Source of the DNA: Acidimicrobiales bacterium
Lineage (GTDB): Bacteria; Actinomycetota; Acidimicrobiia; Acidimicrobiales; VFJN01
Length of the DNA stretch: 64,000 nt
Assembly (NCBI GenBank): GCA_035263165.1
Contig: DATFRN010000450.1
Coordinates: forward strand, 17,152 to 81,151
Direction: 5' to 3'
The notes beneath the pieces are model-generated. The model had not been told where the DNA came from, did no database searches, and saw only the letters and a list, made by a program, of their open reading frames with translations. Made by a program: the position numbers and the translations under genes. Shown here piece by piece: positions 1 through 7,589 of this stretch (positions are counted from its first letter, which is position 1; every line of letters begins with the position of its first letter).

Positions 1-1188
1 GGCCTCGTGGGCGGGCAGGGCGTGGACCTCCTGGCCGCACACCGGGCACGCATCCCCCACCACCAGCTCGGGCACGAGGGCCCGGGCCCGCAGCTCGACC
101 AGGACCCGGTCCCGCTCGACCGTCGCCCCGGCGTGGGCGACCCGGGCCTCGGCCGCGGCCGCCTCGGCCGCCTCCTGTCCCCGCGCGGCCTCGCCGGCCG
201 CCGTCTCGCCCCTGGCCAGCGTCCCGGCCAGCTCGGCGGCGCGGGCGTGGTCGGCGCGGGCGGCGTCGAGGCCGGCCCGGTCGGGCAGCGCCGCCATCGC
301 CTCCTCGGCCGCGGTGACCGCCTCGGCCGCCTCCTCGTCCAGCTCCCGGCAGCGGGCCAGCATCCGGTCGGCCTCGGCCAGCTCGCCCGCCAGCTCGGGG
401 ACGCCGGCCGGCGGGGCCAGGCCGTCGAGCAGGCCGGCCCGGGCCGCGGCCTCCTCGGCCGCCGCCCGCTCGGCCGCCGCCGCGGCCACCCGGTCGTCCA
501 GGCCCGGCCGGGCCGCGGCCAGGCGGTCGCCCAGCTCGGCCAGCCCCGCCGCCCGCTCGGCGGCCGCGGCCCGGGCCTCGGGCGTCGCTCCCGCCAGCCG
601 TTCCAGCTGGCCGGCGGCCACGTCGGCCGCGTTGCGGTCGAGCGCGGCCCGCTGGCGGGCGGCCGACCCGACCCGGTCGTAGAGGCCGAGGTCGAGCAGC
701 CGGACCAGCAGGTCCTGGCGGGCGTTGGGCTTGTCGTGCAGGAAGCGGGCGAACTGCCCCTGGGGCAGGGACACGCACGTGGTGAAGTGCTCGAACCCCA
801 GCCCCAGCAGGTCGCCGACGGCCTCGGTCACCTCGTCGGCGGTACCGGCCAGCACCTCGTCGCCCCGCTGGAGCCGGGCCTCCCTGGTGGTCGCCCCGCC
901 CTTGGTGGCCCGCACCACCCGCACCGCGGTGTGGGCGACGCCGTCGACCGTGAAGTCGAGCCGGACCCGGGCCTCGGTGAGGTTCTGGCTGATGACCGGG
1001 GCCACGGCCCGGCGGTCGTCGAGCCGGGGCACCGTGCCGTAGAGGGCGAAGGTGACGGCGTCGATCACGCTGGTCTTGCCGGCACCGGTCGGCCCGACCA
1101 GGGCGAACAGGTCGACGCCGTCGAAGTCGACGATGGTCCGCGCCCGGAAGGCGGTGAAGCCGTCGACCTCCAGCCGGACCGGCCTCAC
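1..1188 (-). CDS. sbcC: SbcC/Rad50-family ATPase, N-terminal part (the gene's 3' end runs off the left edge of the window)
   Basis: Minus-strand translation from GTG at 1188 reads VRPVRLEVDGFTAFRARTIVDFDGVDLFALVGPTGAGKTSVIDAV..., with Walker A GPTGAGKTS followed by coiled-coil-like sequence. The GTG overlaps the sbcD stop (GTGA, 1185-1188). The gene is absent from the ORF track because it has no stop inside the window. The + ORF 7..1632 is its antisense shadow. Confidence 0.85.
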   Translation of the reverse strand, partial: MRPVRLEVDGFTAFRARTIVDFDGVDLFALVGPTGAGKTSVIDAVTFALYGTVPRLDDRRAVAPVISQNLTEARVRLDFTVDGVAHTAVRVVRATKGGATTREARLQRGDEVLAGTADEVTEAVGDLLGLGFEHFTTCVSLPQGQFARFLHDKPNARQDLLVRLLDLGLYDRVGSAARQRAALDRNAADVAAGQLERLAGATPEARAAAAERAAGLAELGDRLAAARPGLDDRVAAAAAERAAAEEAAARAGLLDGLAPPAGVPELAGELAEADRMLARCRELDEEAAEAVTAAEEAMAALPDRAGLDAARADHARAAELAGTLARGETAAGEAARGQEAAEAAAAEARVAHAGATVERDRVLVELRARALVPELVVGDACPVCGQEVHALPAHEA

Positions 1189-2339
1189 GGCGCGGACTCC
1201 AGGTCGTCGACCAGCTCGTCGAACAGCGCCAGCACGCGGTCGTCGTCCACCTCCTGCTCGGCCAGGTACTCGGCGAACAGGTCGTGGGGCGTGCGCCGCA
1301 GACGGTCGGGGTCGGCCGGCCTCCGGTCGTCGTCGCCGCCCCGCGGGGCGAGCACCACCTCGACGGCCTGGGGCACCCGCTCGCGCACCTCGTCGGCCAG
1401 GCCGGCCCGGGGCGCCTCGTCCAGCACGACCCGCAGGTGGTCGGCCTCGCCGGCCCCGGCCGCCGCGGCCAGGACGTCGACCAGCGTGCCCCGCACGGTC
1501 CGCAGCCGGCTGCCCGTGGCCAGCCGCACCGCCTCGACCGCGGCCGGCAGCCCGGGCCGGACGTCGACCACGTTGACGACCGGCTCGTTGGCCGTCTCAC
1601 CGAAGTCCAGCTGGAGGGGCGAGCCGCAGTAGTGCAGCGGGGCCGGACCGGGCACCAGCTGGGCCCGGTGCAGGTGGCCGAGCGCCACGTACTGGGCGGC
1701 GGGCGGGAAGGCGGCGGCCGGCACCCAGTAGTCGAACACCGTGTGGGCGCCCCGCTCACCGCCGCCCATCGTCCCGCCCATGACCATGAGGTGGGCGACC
1801 ACGATGTTGACGGCGCCGCCGTCGAACCCCTCGGTGAGCAGCCGCAGCAGCCGGGCCACCCGGTCGGCGTAGGCGGCGTGGGCCTCGGCGGCGTCGCCGG
1901 CCAGCAGCAGGTCGGCGGTCACGACGTAGCGCTGGGACGGGAACGGCAGCAGGGCGACGCGGGCCCGCTCGCCACCGGCCTCGACCTCCAGCACGCCGCC
2001 GTCGCGGGGCGGGCGGACGGCCGACGCCACCGTGATGCCGCTGGCCTCGGACAGCGGGGCCACCGCGGCCAGCCGGGCCGCCGAGTCGTGGTTGCCGGCC
2101 ACCACCACGACCGGCCGCCCGCCGGCGGCCAGGTCGAGCAGCGCCCGGTAGACGATCCGCTCCGACTCGGCCGACGGGGTGGCGGTGTCGAACAGGTCAC
2201 CGGCCACGATCACCAGGTCGACCGCCCGCTCGTCGGCGACGGCGGCGATCTCGGCCAGCACCGCCCGGTGCTCGGCGGCCCGGGACCGGCCCCGGATCGC
2301 CTTGCCCACGTGCCAGTCGGAGGTGTGGAGCAGGCGCAC
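1185..2339 (-). CDS. sbcD: SbcD/Mre11-family nuclease (calcineurin-like phosphoesterase)
   Basis: This is the C-terminal 384 aa of track ORF 1185..4118, starting at GTG 2339 (cac at 2337-2339). Motifs seen: LHTSDWHVG, VAGDLFD, VAGNHD, GHLH. Confidence 0.9.
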   Translation of the reverse strand: MRLLHTSDWHVGKAIRGRSRAAEHRAVLAEIAAVADERAVDLVIVAGDLFDTATPSAESERIVYRALLDLAAGGRPVVVVAGNHDSAARLAAVAPLSEASGITVASAVRPPRDGGVLEVEAGGERARVALLPFPSQRYVVTADLLLAGDAAEAHAAYADRVARLLRLLTEGFDGGAVNIVVAHLMVMGGTMGGGERGAHTVFDYWVPAAAFPPAAQYVALGHLHRAQLVPGPAPLHYCGSPLQLDFGETANEPVVNVVDVRPGLPAAVEAVRLATGSRLRTVRGTLVDVLAAAAGAGEADHLRVVLDEAPRAGLADEVRERVPQAVEVVLAPRGGDDDRRPADPDRLRRTPHDLFAEYLAEQEVDDDRVLALFDELVDDLESAP

Positions 2340-2344
2340 GGGAG

Positions 2345-4027
2345 CTACCCGGTGGGGAACCCGACGAACGGGTCGTCGGCGCCCGCCGCGCTGCCCGGCA
2401 CCGCCTCGCCGGCCCGGGTGGCCCAGGCCGGGAACGGGAACTGCACCACCAGCGGCACCGGCAGCTCGGGCTGGGACACGATCATCGTGCCCGGCTTGAC
2501 GATCGTGGCCCGGGCCCGCTGCACCGGGGGCAGGAAGCCGTACTCGCCCCGGCCGGCCTCGGCGGCGTCGAGCCGGCCCACCACCCGCACCGCGGAGTTG
2601 GCCACCACCCGCCGCTCGACCTCGCTGGCCGTCTGCTGGGCGCCGATGAGGATGATGCCGAGCGAGCGGCCCCGCTCGGCCACGTCGAGCAGGATCTCCT
2701 TGATCGGGCTCGACCCCTCGCGGGGCGCGTACTTGTTGAGCTCGTCGAGTACGACGAACTGGAGCGGGCGGGCCTGGCCGGAGCGCTCCTTGCGCTCGAA
2801 CGCCCGCCGCAGCACGACGCCCACGACGAAGCGCTGGGCCCGGTCGTTGAGGTTGTGGAGGTCGACCACCGTGACCTGGGCCCGCTCGAAGTCGACCCGG
2901 TGGGTCTCGGGGCGGGGCACGTCGGCCCGGATGAGGTGGCGCAGGTGCGGCCGGGCGCCGTGGAGGCGGCGGAGGAAGGCGTTGACCGTGCCCGCCCCGA
3001 TGGCCCGGCCGGCCCACTGGTCGGGGGCGTCGGGGTCGACCTTGTCGCTGACGAGCTCGACCAGGTCGTCGAAGGTGCGCACGACCCGGCCGTCGACGGC
3101 GACCGCCCCGTCGCCCACCGGCTCGGCGTCGCGCTTGAGCCGGGCGGTGACGTTGTGGACGACCATCGTGTACTGCTGGCGGTCGTCCTCGGCGTCGGCG
3201 AACAGGAACGGGAGCAGCTCGTCGGCGCAGAACTGCTCCAGCGTCCAGAAGAAGCTGGTGACGTCGCGGGGACGGGCGGCGACGTCGGGGCTGGCGTTGG
3301 GGTCGTCGCGGGTCGGCGGGGCGAAGAACGCCACCGAGGCGAACGGCCCGGCCGGCAGGCCCAGGTGGGCGTAGCGGGCCGGCTGGTCGTCGGGCAGGGC
3401 GACGTTGGCGTGGTCGAGGAAGAGCAGGTCCTCGCCCTTGACGTTGAAGATGAGCGCCTTGGTGTTGGCCGCCTCGCTGCCCAGCGCCCCCGAGTGGAAC
3501 AGGCTGTAGAGCAGGAAGGTGGCGTAGGTGGTCTTGGTGGCCACGCCGGAGACGCCGCTGATGTTGACGTGGGCGCCCCGGGTGCCGTCGAGGAACTCGA
3601 GGTTCAGGTAGAACGGCTCGTCGTCGCGGGACAGTCCGGCCGGCAGCCGCTGGCGCATCTGGCTGAACAGCAGGGCGTCGTCCCGCTCGGCCCCGGTGGC
3701 CTTGCGCACGGCCTCGCCGGGCAGCGGGGGCACGAAGATCTCGGGCTCGAACCGGGTGGCCAGCACCTGGGCGGCCTCGCTCACCTGGGCGGGCAGCACG
3801 CCCTCGGCGACCAGGAAGACGTCGGAGTCGAGCCGGGCGCCCTCGTGGGTGGCCCGCACCTGGGACACGACCCCGGCGATGCGCAGGGGCTGCCCGTCGG
3901 GCAGGACGCGGTCGACCACGACCACGTCGTCGAGCTGCAGGTAGGCGCCCTCGGCGACCCCGACCCAGAACTCGAGCGGCGTGGCCGGCTCGGTGCCGAT
4001 GACCAGGCCCGCGGGCGTGCCCTCCAT
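2345..4027 (-). CDS. HerA/FtsK-like (DUF87-type) ATPase
   Basis: This is the last 560 aa of track ORF 2345..5035, from ATG 4027 (MEGTPAGLVIGTEPATPLEF...). Walker B is FVVLDELNKYAP. The P-loop is atypical (NISGVSGVATKTTY). The stop lies 5 nt before the sbcD start. Confidence 0.75.
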   Translation of the reverse strand: MEGTPAGLVIGTEPATPLEFWVGVAEGAYLQLDDVVVVDRVLPDGQPLRIAGVVSQVRATHEGARLDSDVFLVAEGVLPAQVSEAAQVLATRFEPEIFVPPLPGEAVRKATGAERDDALLFSQMRQRLPAGLSRDDEPFYLNLEFLDGTRGAHVNISGVSGVATKTTYATFLLYSLFHSGALGSEAANTKALIFNVKGEDLLFLDHANVALPDDQPARYAHLGLPAGPFASVAFFAPPTRDDPNASPDVAARPRDVTSFFWTLEQFCADELLPFLFADAEDDRQQYTMVVHNVTARLKRDAEPVGDGAVAVDGRVVRTFDDLVELVSDKVDPDAPDQWAGRAIGAGTVNAFLRRLHGARPHLRHLIRADVPRPETHRVDFERAQVTVVDLHNLNDRAQRFVVGVVLRRAFERKERSGQARPLQFVVLDELNKYAPREGSSPIKEILLDVAERGRSLGIILIGAQQTASEVERRVVANSAVRVVGRLDAAEAGRGEYGFLPPVQRARATIVKPGTMIVSQPELPVPLVVQFPFPAWATRAGEAVPGSAAGADDPFVGFPTG

Positions 4028-4077
4028 GGGATGCGACGTTATCGGCGCCCCAGGGGTCGATCGGAGGATGCCCGATT

Positions 4078-4120
4078 CCGTGGACGTTTCTGGCTGACTC
4101 CCAACCAGAAACGTCCACGG
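4078..4120. promoter_or_regulatory. Perfect inverted repeat (16-nt arms, 11-nt loop) in the divergent herA / MTHFR-like intergenic region
   Basis: CCGTGGACGTTTCTGG (4078-4093), loop ctgactcccaa, CCAGAAACGTCCACGG (4105-4120). The repeat is locally AT-richer than its surroundings. It lies 51 nt from the herA ATG and 13 nt from the GTG at 4133. The structure is certain; its role as an operator versus an RNA hairpin is not. Confidence 0.5.
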
Positions 4121-4132
4121 AACGGTCCTACG

Positions 4133-4933
4133 GTGGCCCCCGTGCGCCGTCCCTTCGAGATCGTGTGCGAGATCGAGCCCGCCACCACGCCCGACCTGAC
4201 CCGGGTGCGGCACCAGATCGGCGTGCTGGCCCCGGTGGCGTCGGCGTTCCTCATCCCCGACAACCACATCGGCCGGGCCACCGTGTCCAGCGTGGCCGTG
4301 GCGCACGAGGTCCAGGCCATGGGCGGGCGGGCCATCGCCTGCCTCAACGCCCGCGACCGCAACCTGCTCGGCTTCCAGCGCGACCTGCTCACCGCGGCGG
4401 CCTACGGGGTCGAACGCTTCCTGTTCGTCTACGGCGACAAGCCCACCACCGGCGGGCGGACCAGCGAGCTCACCGTGCGGTCGATGGTCGAGACCGCCCG
4501 GGCGGCCGCCGAGCGGGCGCCGTTCGCCGGCCGGCCGCCGTTCGAGGTCGGGGTGGCCACCGGGCTGCGGCCGCTGCCGGCCTGGAAGCGGGCCGCCGAC
4601 TTCGTCTTCGTCCAGGTCGGGTTCTCGCTCGACCGGCTGCTGGCCTGGCGGGAGGCGACCGAGGTGGCGGGCGACGTCTACGCCGGCGTGATGGTGGTGG
4701 CGTCGCCGGCCATGGCCCGCGGCCTGGCGGCCACCGTGCCCGACATCGACGTCCCGCCCGGCCTGGTCGCCGCCCTGGCCGGCGACCCCGACGCCGGTGT
4801 CACCGCCGCGCTCGACCTGGTGGCCGGCATCGAGGCCAGCGGCGCGTTCGCCGGCGTCCACCTGGTCCCGGTGGGCCGCTACCGCCAGGTCGCCGCCCGC
4901 CTGGAAGGGCGCGGCCGCCTCGCCCGGGGGTGA
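4133..4933 (+). CDS. Methylenetetrahydrofolate reductase (MetF-like) family protein
   Basis: This is the C-terminal part of track ORF 2855..4933 from GTG 4133: VAPVRRPFEIVCEIEPATTPDLTRVRHQIG...FLIPDNHIGRATVSS...FVFVQVGFS. This fits the MTHFR TIM-barrel pattern. The start could instead be GTG 4142. Confidence 0.7.
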   Translation: MAPVRRPFEIVCEIEPATTPDLTRVRHQIGVLAPVASAFLIPDNHIGRATVSSVAVAHEVQAMGGRAIACLNARDRNLLGFQRDLLTAAAYGVERFLFVYGDKPTTGGRTSELTVRSMVETARAAAERAPFAGRPPFEVGVATGLRPLPAWKRAADFVFVQVGFSLDRLLAWREATEVAGDVYAGVMVVASPAMARGLAATVPDIDVPPGLVAALAGDPDAGVTAALDLVAGIEASGAFAGVHLVPVGRYRQVAARLEGRGRLARG

Positions 4934-4955
4934 CCCGGCGGCGTACGGTCCCGCC

Positions 4956-5666
4956 ATGTCCGACGCCCCCGGTCCCGTCACCACCACCGTCGAGGACGGC
5001 GTCGCCGTCGTCCGCTTCGACGACGGCAAGGCCAACGTCCTGTCCTACGCGGCGCTGAACGCGTTGGCCGCCGCCCTCGACCGGGCCGGGGCGGACGCCG
5101 ACGCCGTGTGCCTGGTGGGCCGGGAGGGCAAGCTCTCGGCCGGGTTCGACCTGGCCGTCATGACCGCCGGCCCCGACGCCGCCCGGGGCCTGGTCGCCCA
5201 GGGCTGCGACCTGCTCCTGCGGCTCTACGAGCACCCCCAGCCCGTGGTCGTCGCCGTCACCGGCCACGCCCTGGCCGCCGGGGCGCTGCTGGTGCTGGCC
5301 TGCGACGTGCGCATCGGCGCCGACGTGCCCGCCAAGATCGGGCTCAACGAGACCGCCATCGGGATGCCCCTGCCGCTGTTCGCCGTGGCCCTGGCCGAGG
5401 ACCGCCTGGCCCGCACCCACCTGAGCCGGGCGACCGTCACCGCCGAGATCTACGACCCGGCCGGGGCGGTCGCCGCCGGCTACCTGGACCGGGTCGTCCC
5501 GGTCGAGGCGGTCGAGGGCGAGGCCATCGTCGAGGCCCGCCGCCTGGCCGCCTACAGCACCACCGCCTACGGCCAGACCAAGCAGGTCCTCCGGGGCCCG
5601 ACCATCGCCCGGGTCCGGGCCGGCAACGAGGCCGACCTGGCCCGGTTCGCGGTCCAGCCCGGCTGA
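4956..5666 (+). CDS. Enoyl-CoA hydratase/crotonase family protein
   Basis: From ATG 4956: MSDAPGPVTTTVEDGVAVVRFDDGKANVLS...GKLSAGFDL...VTGHALAAGALLVLACDVRIG. Confidence 0.85.
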   Translation: MSDAPGPVTTTVEDGVAVVRFDDGKANVLSYAALNALAAALDRAGADADAVCLVGREGKLSAGFDLAVMTAGPDAARGLVAQGCDLLLRLYEHPQPVVVAVTGHALAAGALLVLACDVRIGADVPAKIGLNETAIGMPLPLFAVALAEDRLARTHLSRATVTAEIYDPAGAVAAGYLDRVVPVEAVEGEAIVEARRLAAYSTTAYGQTKQVLRGPTIARVRAGNEADLARFAVQPG

Positions 5667-5674
5667 CGGCCGGA

Positions 5675-5702
5675 CCCGGGGCGGGGTTGTCTCCGCCCCG
5701 GG
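5675..5702 (+). terminator. GC-rich stem-loop just after the crotonase stop
   Basis: CCCGGGGCGG, loop ggttgtct, CCGCCCCGGG: a 10-bp stem 9 nt after the TGA at 5664-5666. There is no clear U-tract. Confidence 0.4.
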
Positions 5703-5722
5703 GGGCCGGTAGCCATGGCCCC

Positions 5723-6016
5723 ATGCCCGCCACCTGCTCCCACCTCGACACCATCCAGCCCGTGACCCCCTCGTCCGAGGGCTGCGAGGACTGTCTGCGC
5801 ACGGGCGGCCGCTGGGTCCACCTGCGGGTGTGCCAGGCGTGCGGCCACGTCGGGTGCTGCGACAGCTCGCCCAACCGCCACGCCACCGCCCACTTCCACG
5901 CCACCGAGCACCCCATCGTCCGCTCCTACGAGCCGGGCGAGGACTGGTGGTGGTGCTACGCCGACGAGGTCGGCTTCGAGGTGCCCGGGGCCGAGCCGGC
6001 GCCGTCCCACCCCTGA
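5723..6016 (+). CDS. UBP-type zinc-finger domain protein (97 aa)
   Basis: MPATCSHLDTIQPVTPSSEGCEDCLRTGGRWVHLRVCQACGHVGCCDSSPNRHATAHFHATEHPIVRSYEPGEDWWWCY. The Cys/His spacing is typical of zf-UBP. Confidence 0.8.
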   Translation: MPATCSHLDTIQPVTPSSEGCEDCLRTGGRWVHLRVCQACGHVGCCDSSPNRHATAHFHATEHPIVRSYEPGEDWWWCYADEVGFEVPGAEPAPSHP

Positions 6017-6038
6017 CCGCGCCCGTACGATCCCGGCC

Positions 6039-6530
6039 ATGTCCGCCACCGACGAGTTGGTCGCCAACAACGCCGCCTACGCGTCCGGCTTCACCAAGGG
6101 CGACCTCGCCGCGCCCCCGAACCTGAAGGTGGCGGTGCTCGCGTGCATGGACGCCCGCTTCGACCCGGCCCGCGCCCTCGGGCTCCAGGAGGGCGACGCC
6201 CACGTCATCCGCAACGCCGGCGGGACCGTGACCGACGACGCCATCCGCTCGCTGCTCGTCAGCCAGCGGATGCTCGGGACCCGGGAGATCGTCGTCATCC
6301 ACCACACGGATTGCGGGATGCTCGGCTTCCGGGACGACGAGGCCGCGGCGGCGATCGAGGCCGAGACCGGCGTCCGGCCCCCCTTCGCGCTGGGGGCCTT
6401 CGGTGACCTGGAGGACGATGTCCGCCAGTCGGTCGCCCGGATCGAGGCCAGCCCGTTCCTGCCCCGGACCCGCAGCGTGCGGGGGTTCGTCTACGAGGTC
6501 GAGACCGGGCGCCTGCGCGAGGTCACCTGA
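6039..6530 (+). CDS. Beta-class carbonic anhydrase
   Basis: 163 aa. Zinc-ligand motifs: VLACMDARF and HHTDCGM. Confidence 0.9.
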   Translation: MSATDELVANNAAYASGFTKGDLAAPPNLKVAVLACMDARFDPARALGLQEGDAHVIRNAGGTVTDDAIRSLLVSQRMLGTREIVVIHHTDCGMLGFRDDEAAAAIEAETGVRPPFALGAFGDLEDDVRQSVARIEASPFLPRTRSVRGFVYEVETGRLREVT

Positions 6531-6581
6531 TCCGCCCCCGCCGGCCGCCCACCGGGGATAATGCGCCGGGAGGAGGTCGCC

Positions 6582-7586
6582 ATGCCCGCAACCGTCCGAC
6601 GCCGCCCCGCCCGGGCCCTGCTGGCCGCCGCGCTCGTCGCCGCCGTCGCCCTGGTCGCCGGGGCCCCCGCCGCCGGGGCCCAGGACCGGGCCGACCGCGA
6701 CAACCTGGTCGTGATCACGGGCCGGGCCGAGGTCCACCAGGGCGAGCGCTTCCACAACGTGGTCATCGCCGACGGGCCGGTCACCGTGGACGGCACCGTC
6801 ACCGACAACGTCGTGGCCCTCCACGGCGACGTCACGGTGAACGGCCTGGTCAGGAACGACGTCGTGGCCCTGGACGGCACGGTGACCGTGGCGTCCGGCG
6901 GGCGCATCGCCGGCGACGTCACCGCCCGCCACCGGCCGACGGTCGAGTCGGGCGGGCGATTCGACGGCTCGTGGGACCGCTGGAACCCCCAGGCCTGGAG
7001 CACGGCCACCACCATCCTCACCCGCCTGGCCCTGTGGCTCGCCGTCACGATCTCGACGCTGCTGCTCGGCCTGCTCCTCTACCTCCTCGCCCCCCGGGCG
7101 GCGTTCGCCGTGCACGAGGCCGCCGGATCCCGCGTCGGCGCCGCCATCGGCTGGGGGCTGCTGCTGGCGATCGGCCTGCCGCTGGCCGCCCTGATCGTGA
7201 CGGCGACCCTGATCGGCCTGCCCCTCGGGCTCGGGGTGCTGTTCGCGCTCGGGCTCATCTACGGCGCCGGCTACGTGGCGGCCGCCTGGCTGCTGGGCCG
7301 GACGATGGCCCGGCGCGCCCATCCGCTGCTGTCGTTCCTGGCCGGGTGGGGCATCCTGCGGGTGGTGGCCCTGGTGCCGGTGCTGGGCGGGCTGTGCTGG
7401 TTCGCCGCGGTCGTGATCGGGCTCGGGTCGATCGCCGTCGCCATCTGGCGGGCCCGGCACCCGGGCGACCGGATCCCGGTCGACGGCACCCCGCTCGCCC
7501 CGTCCCCGCCTCCGCCTCCGCCTGCGCCGCCGGCGCCGCCGGCTCCGACGCTGCCGGAATCGACCCCGCCTGCGCCGGGGTTCTAG
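6582..7586 (+). CDS. Membrane protein: signal peptide, bactofilin-like repeat region, polytopic TM region, poly-Pro tail
   Basis: GGAGG lies 7 nt before ATG 6582. The sequence has a signal-like LLAAALVAAVALVAGAPAAGA and repeated G(D/T)V(T/V)xxxVVAL(H/D)G(D/T)VTV units. It then has several hydrophobic helices and a C-terminal PSPPPPPPAPPAPPAP. Confidence 0.6.
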   Translation: MPATVRRRPARALLAAALVAAVALVAGAPAAGAQDRADRDNLVVITGRAEVHQGERFHNVVIADGPVTVDGTVTDNVVALHGDVTVNGLVRNDVVALDGTVTVASGGRIAGDVTARHRPTVESGGRFDGSWDRWNPQAWSTATTILTRLALWLAVTISTLLLGLLLYLLAPRAAFAVHEAAGSRVGAAIGWGLLLAIGLPLAALIVTATLIGLPLGLGVLFALGLIYGAGYVAAAWLLGRTMARRAHPLLSFLAGWGILRVVALVPVLGGLCWFAAVVIGLGSIAVAIWRARHPGDRIPVDGTPLAPSPPPPPPAPPAPPAPTLPESTPPAPGF

Positions 7587-7589
7587 CCG

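Noticed and set aside
7-1632. 541-aa + strand ORF at the window start
   Set aside because: Its translation is Gly/Arg/Pro/Leu low-complexity sequence. It is antisense to clear sbcC (Walker A) and sbcD (phosphoesterase motif) frames, so it is a high-GC shadow ORF.
7495-7565. CCG/GCC-rich short tandem repeats, checked as a possible repeat array
   Set aside because: They lie inside the 6582..7586 CDS and simply encode its PSPPPPPPAPPAPPAP tail. There is no spacer/repeat organisation.
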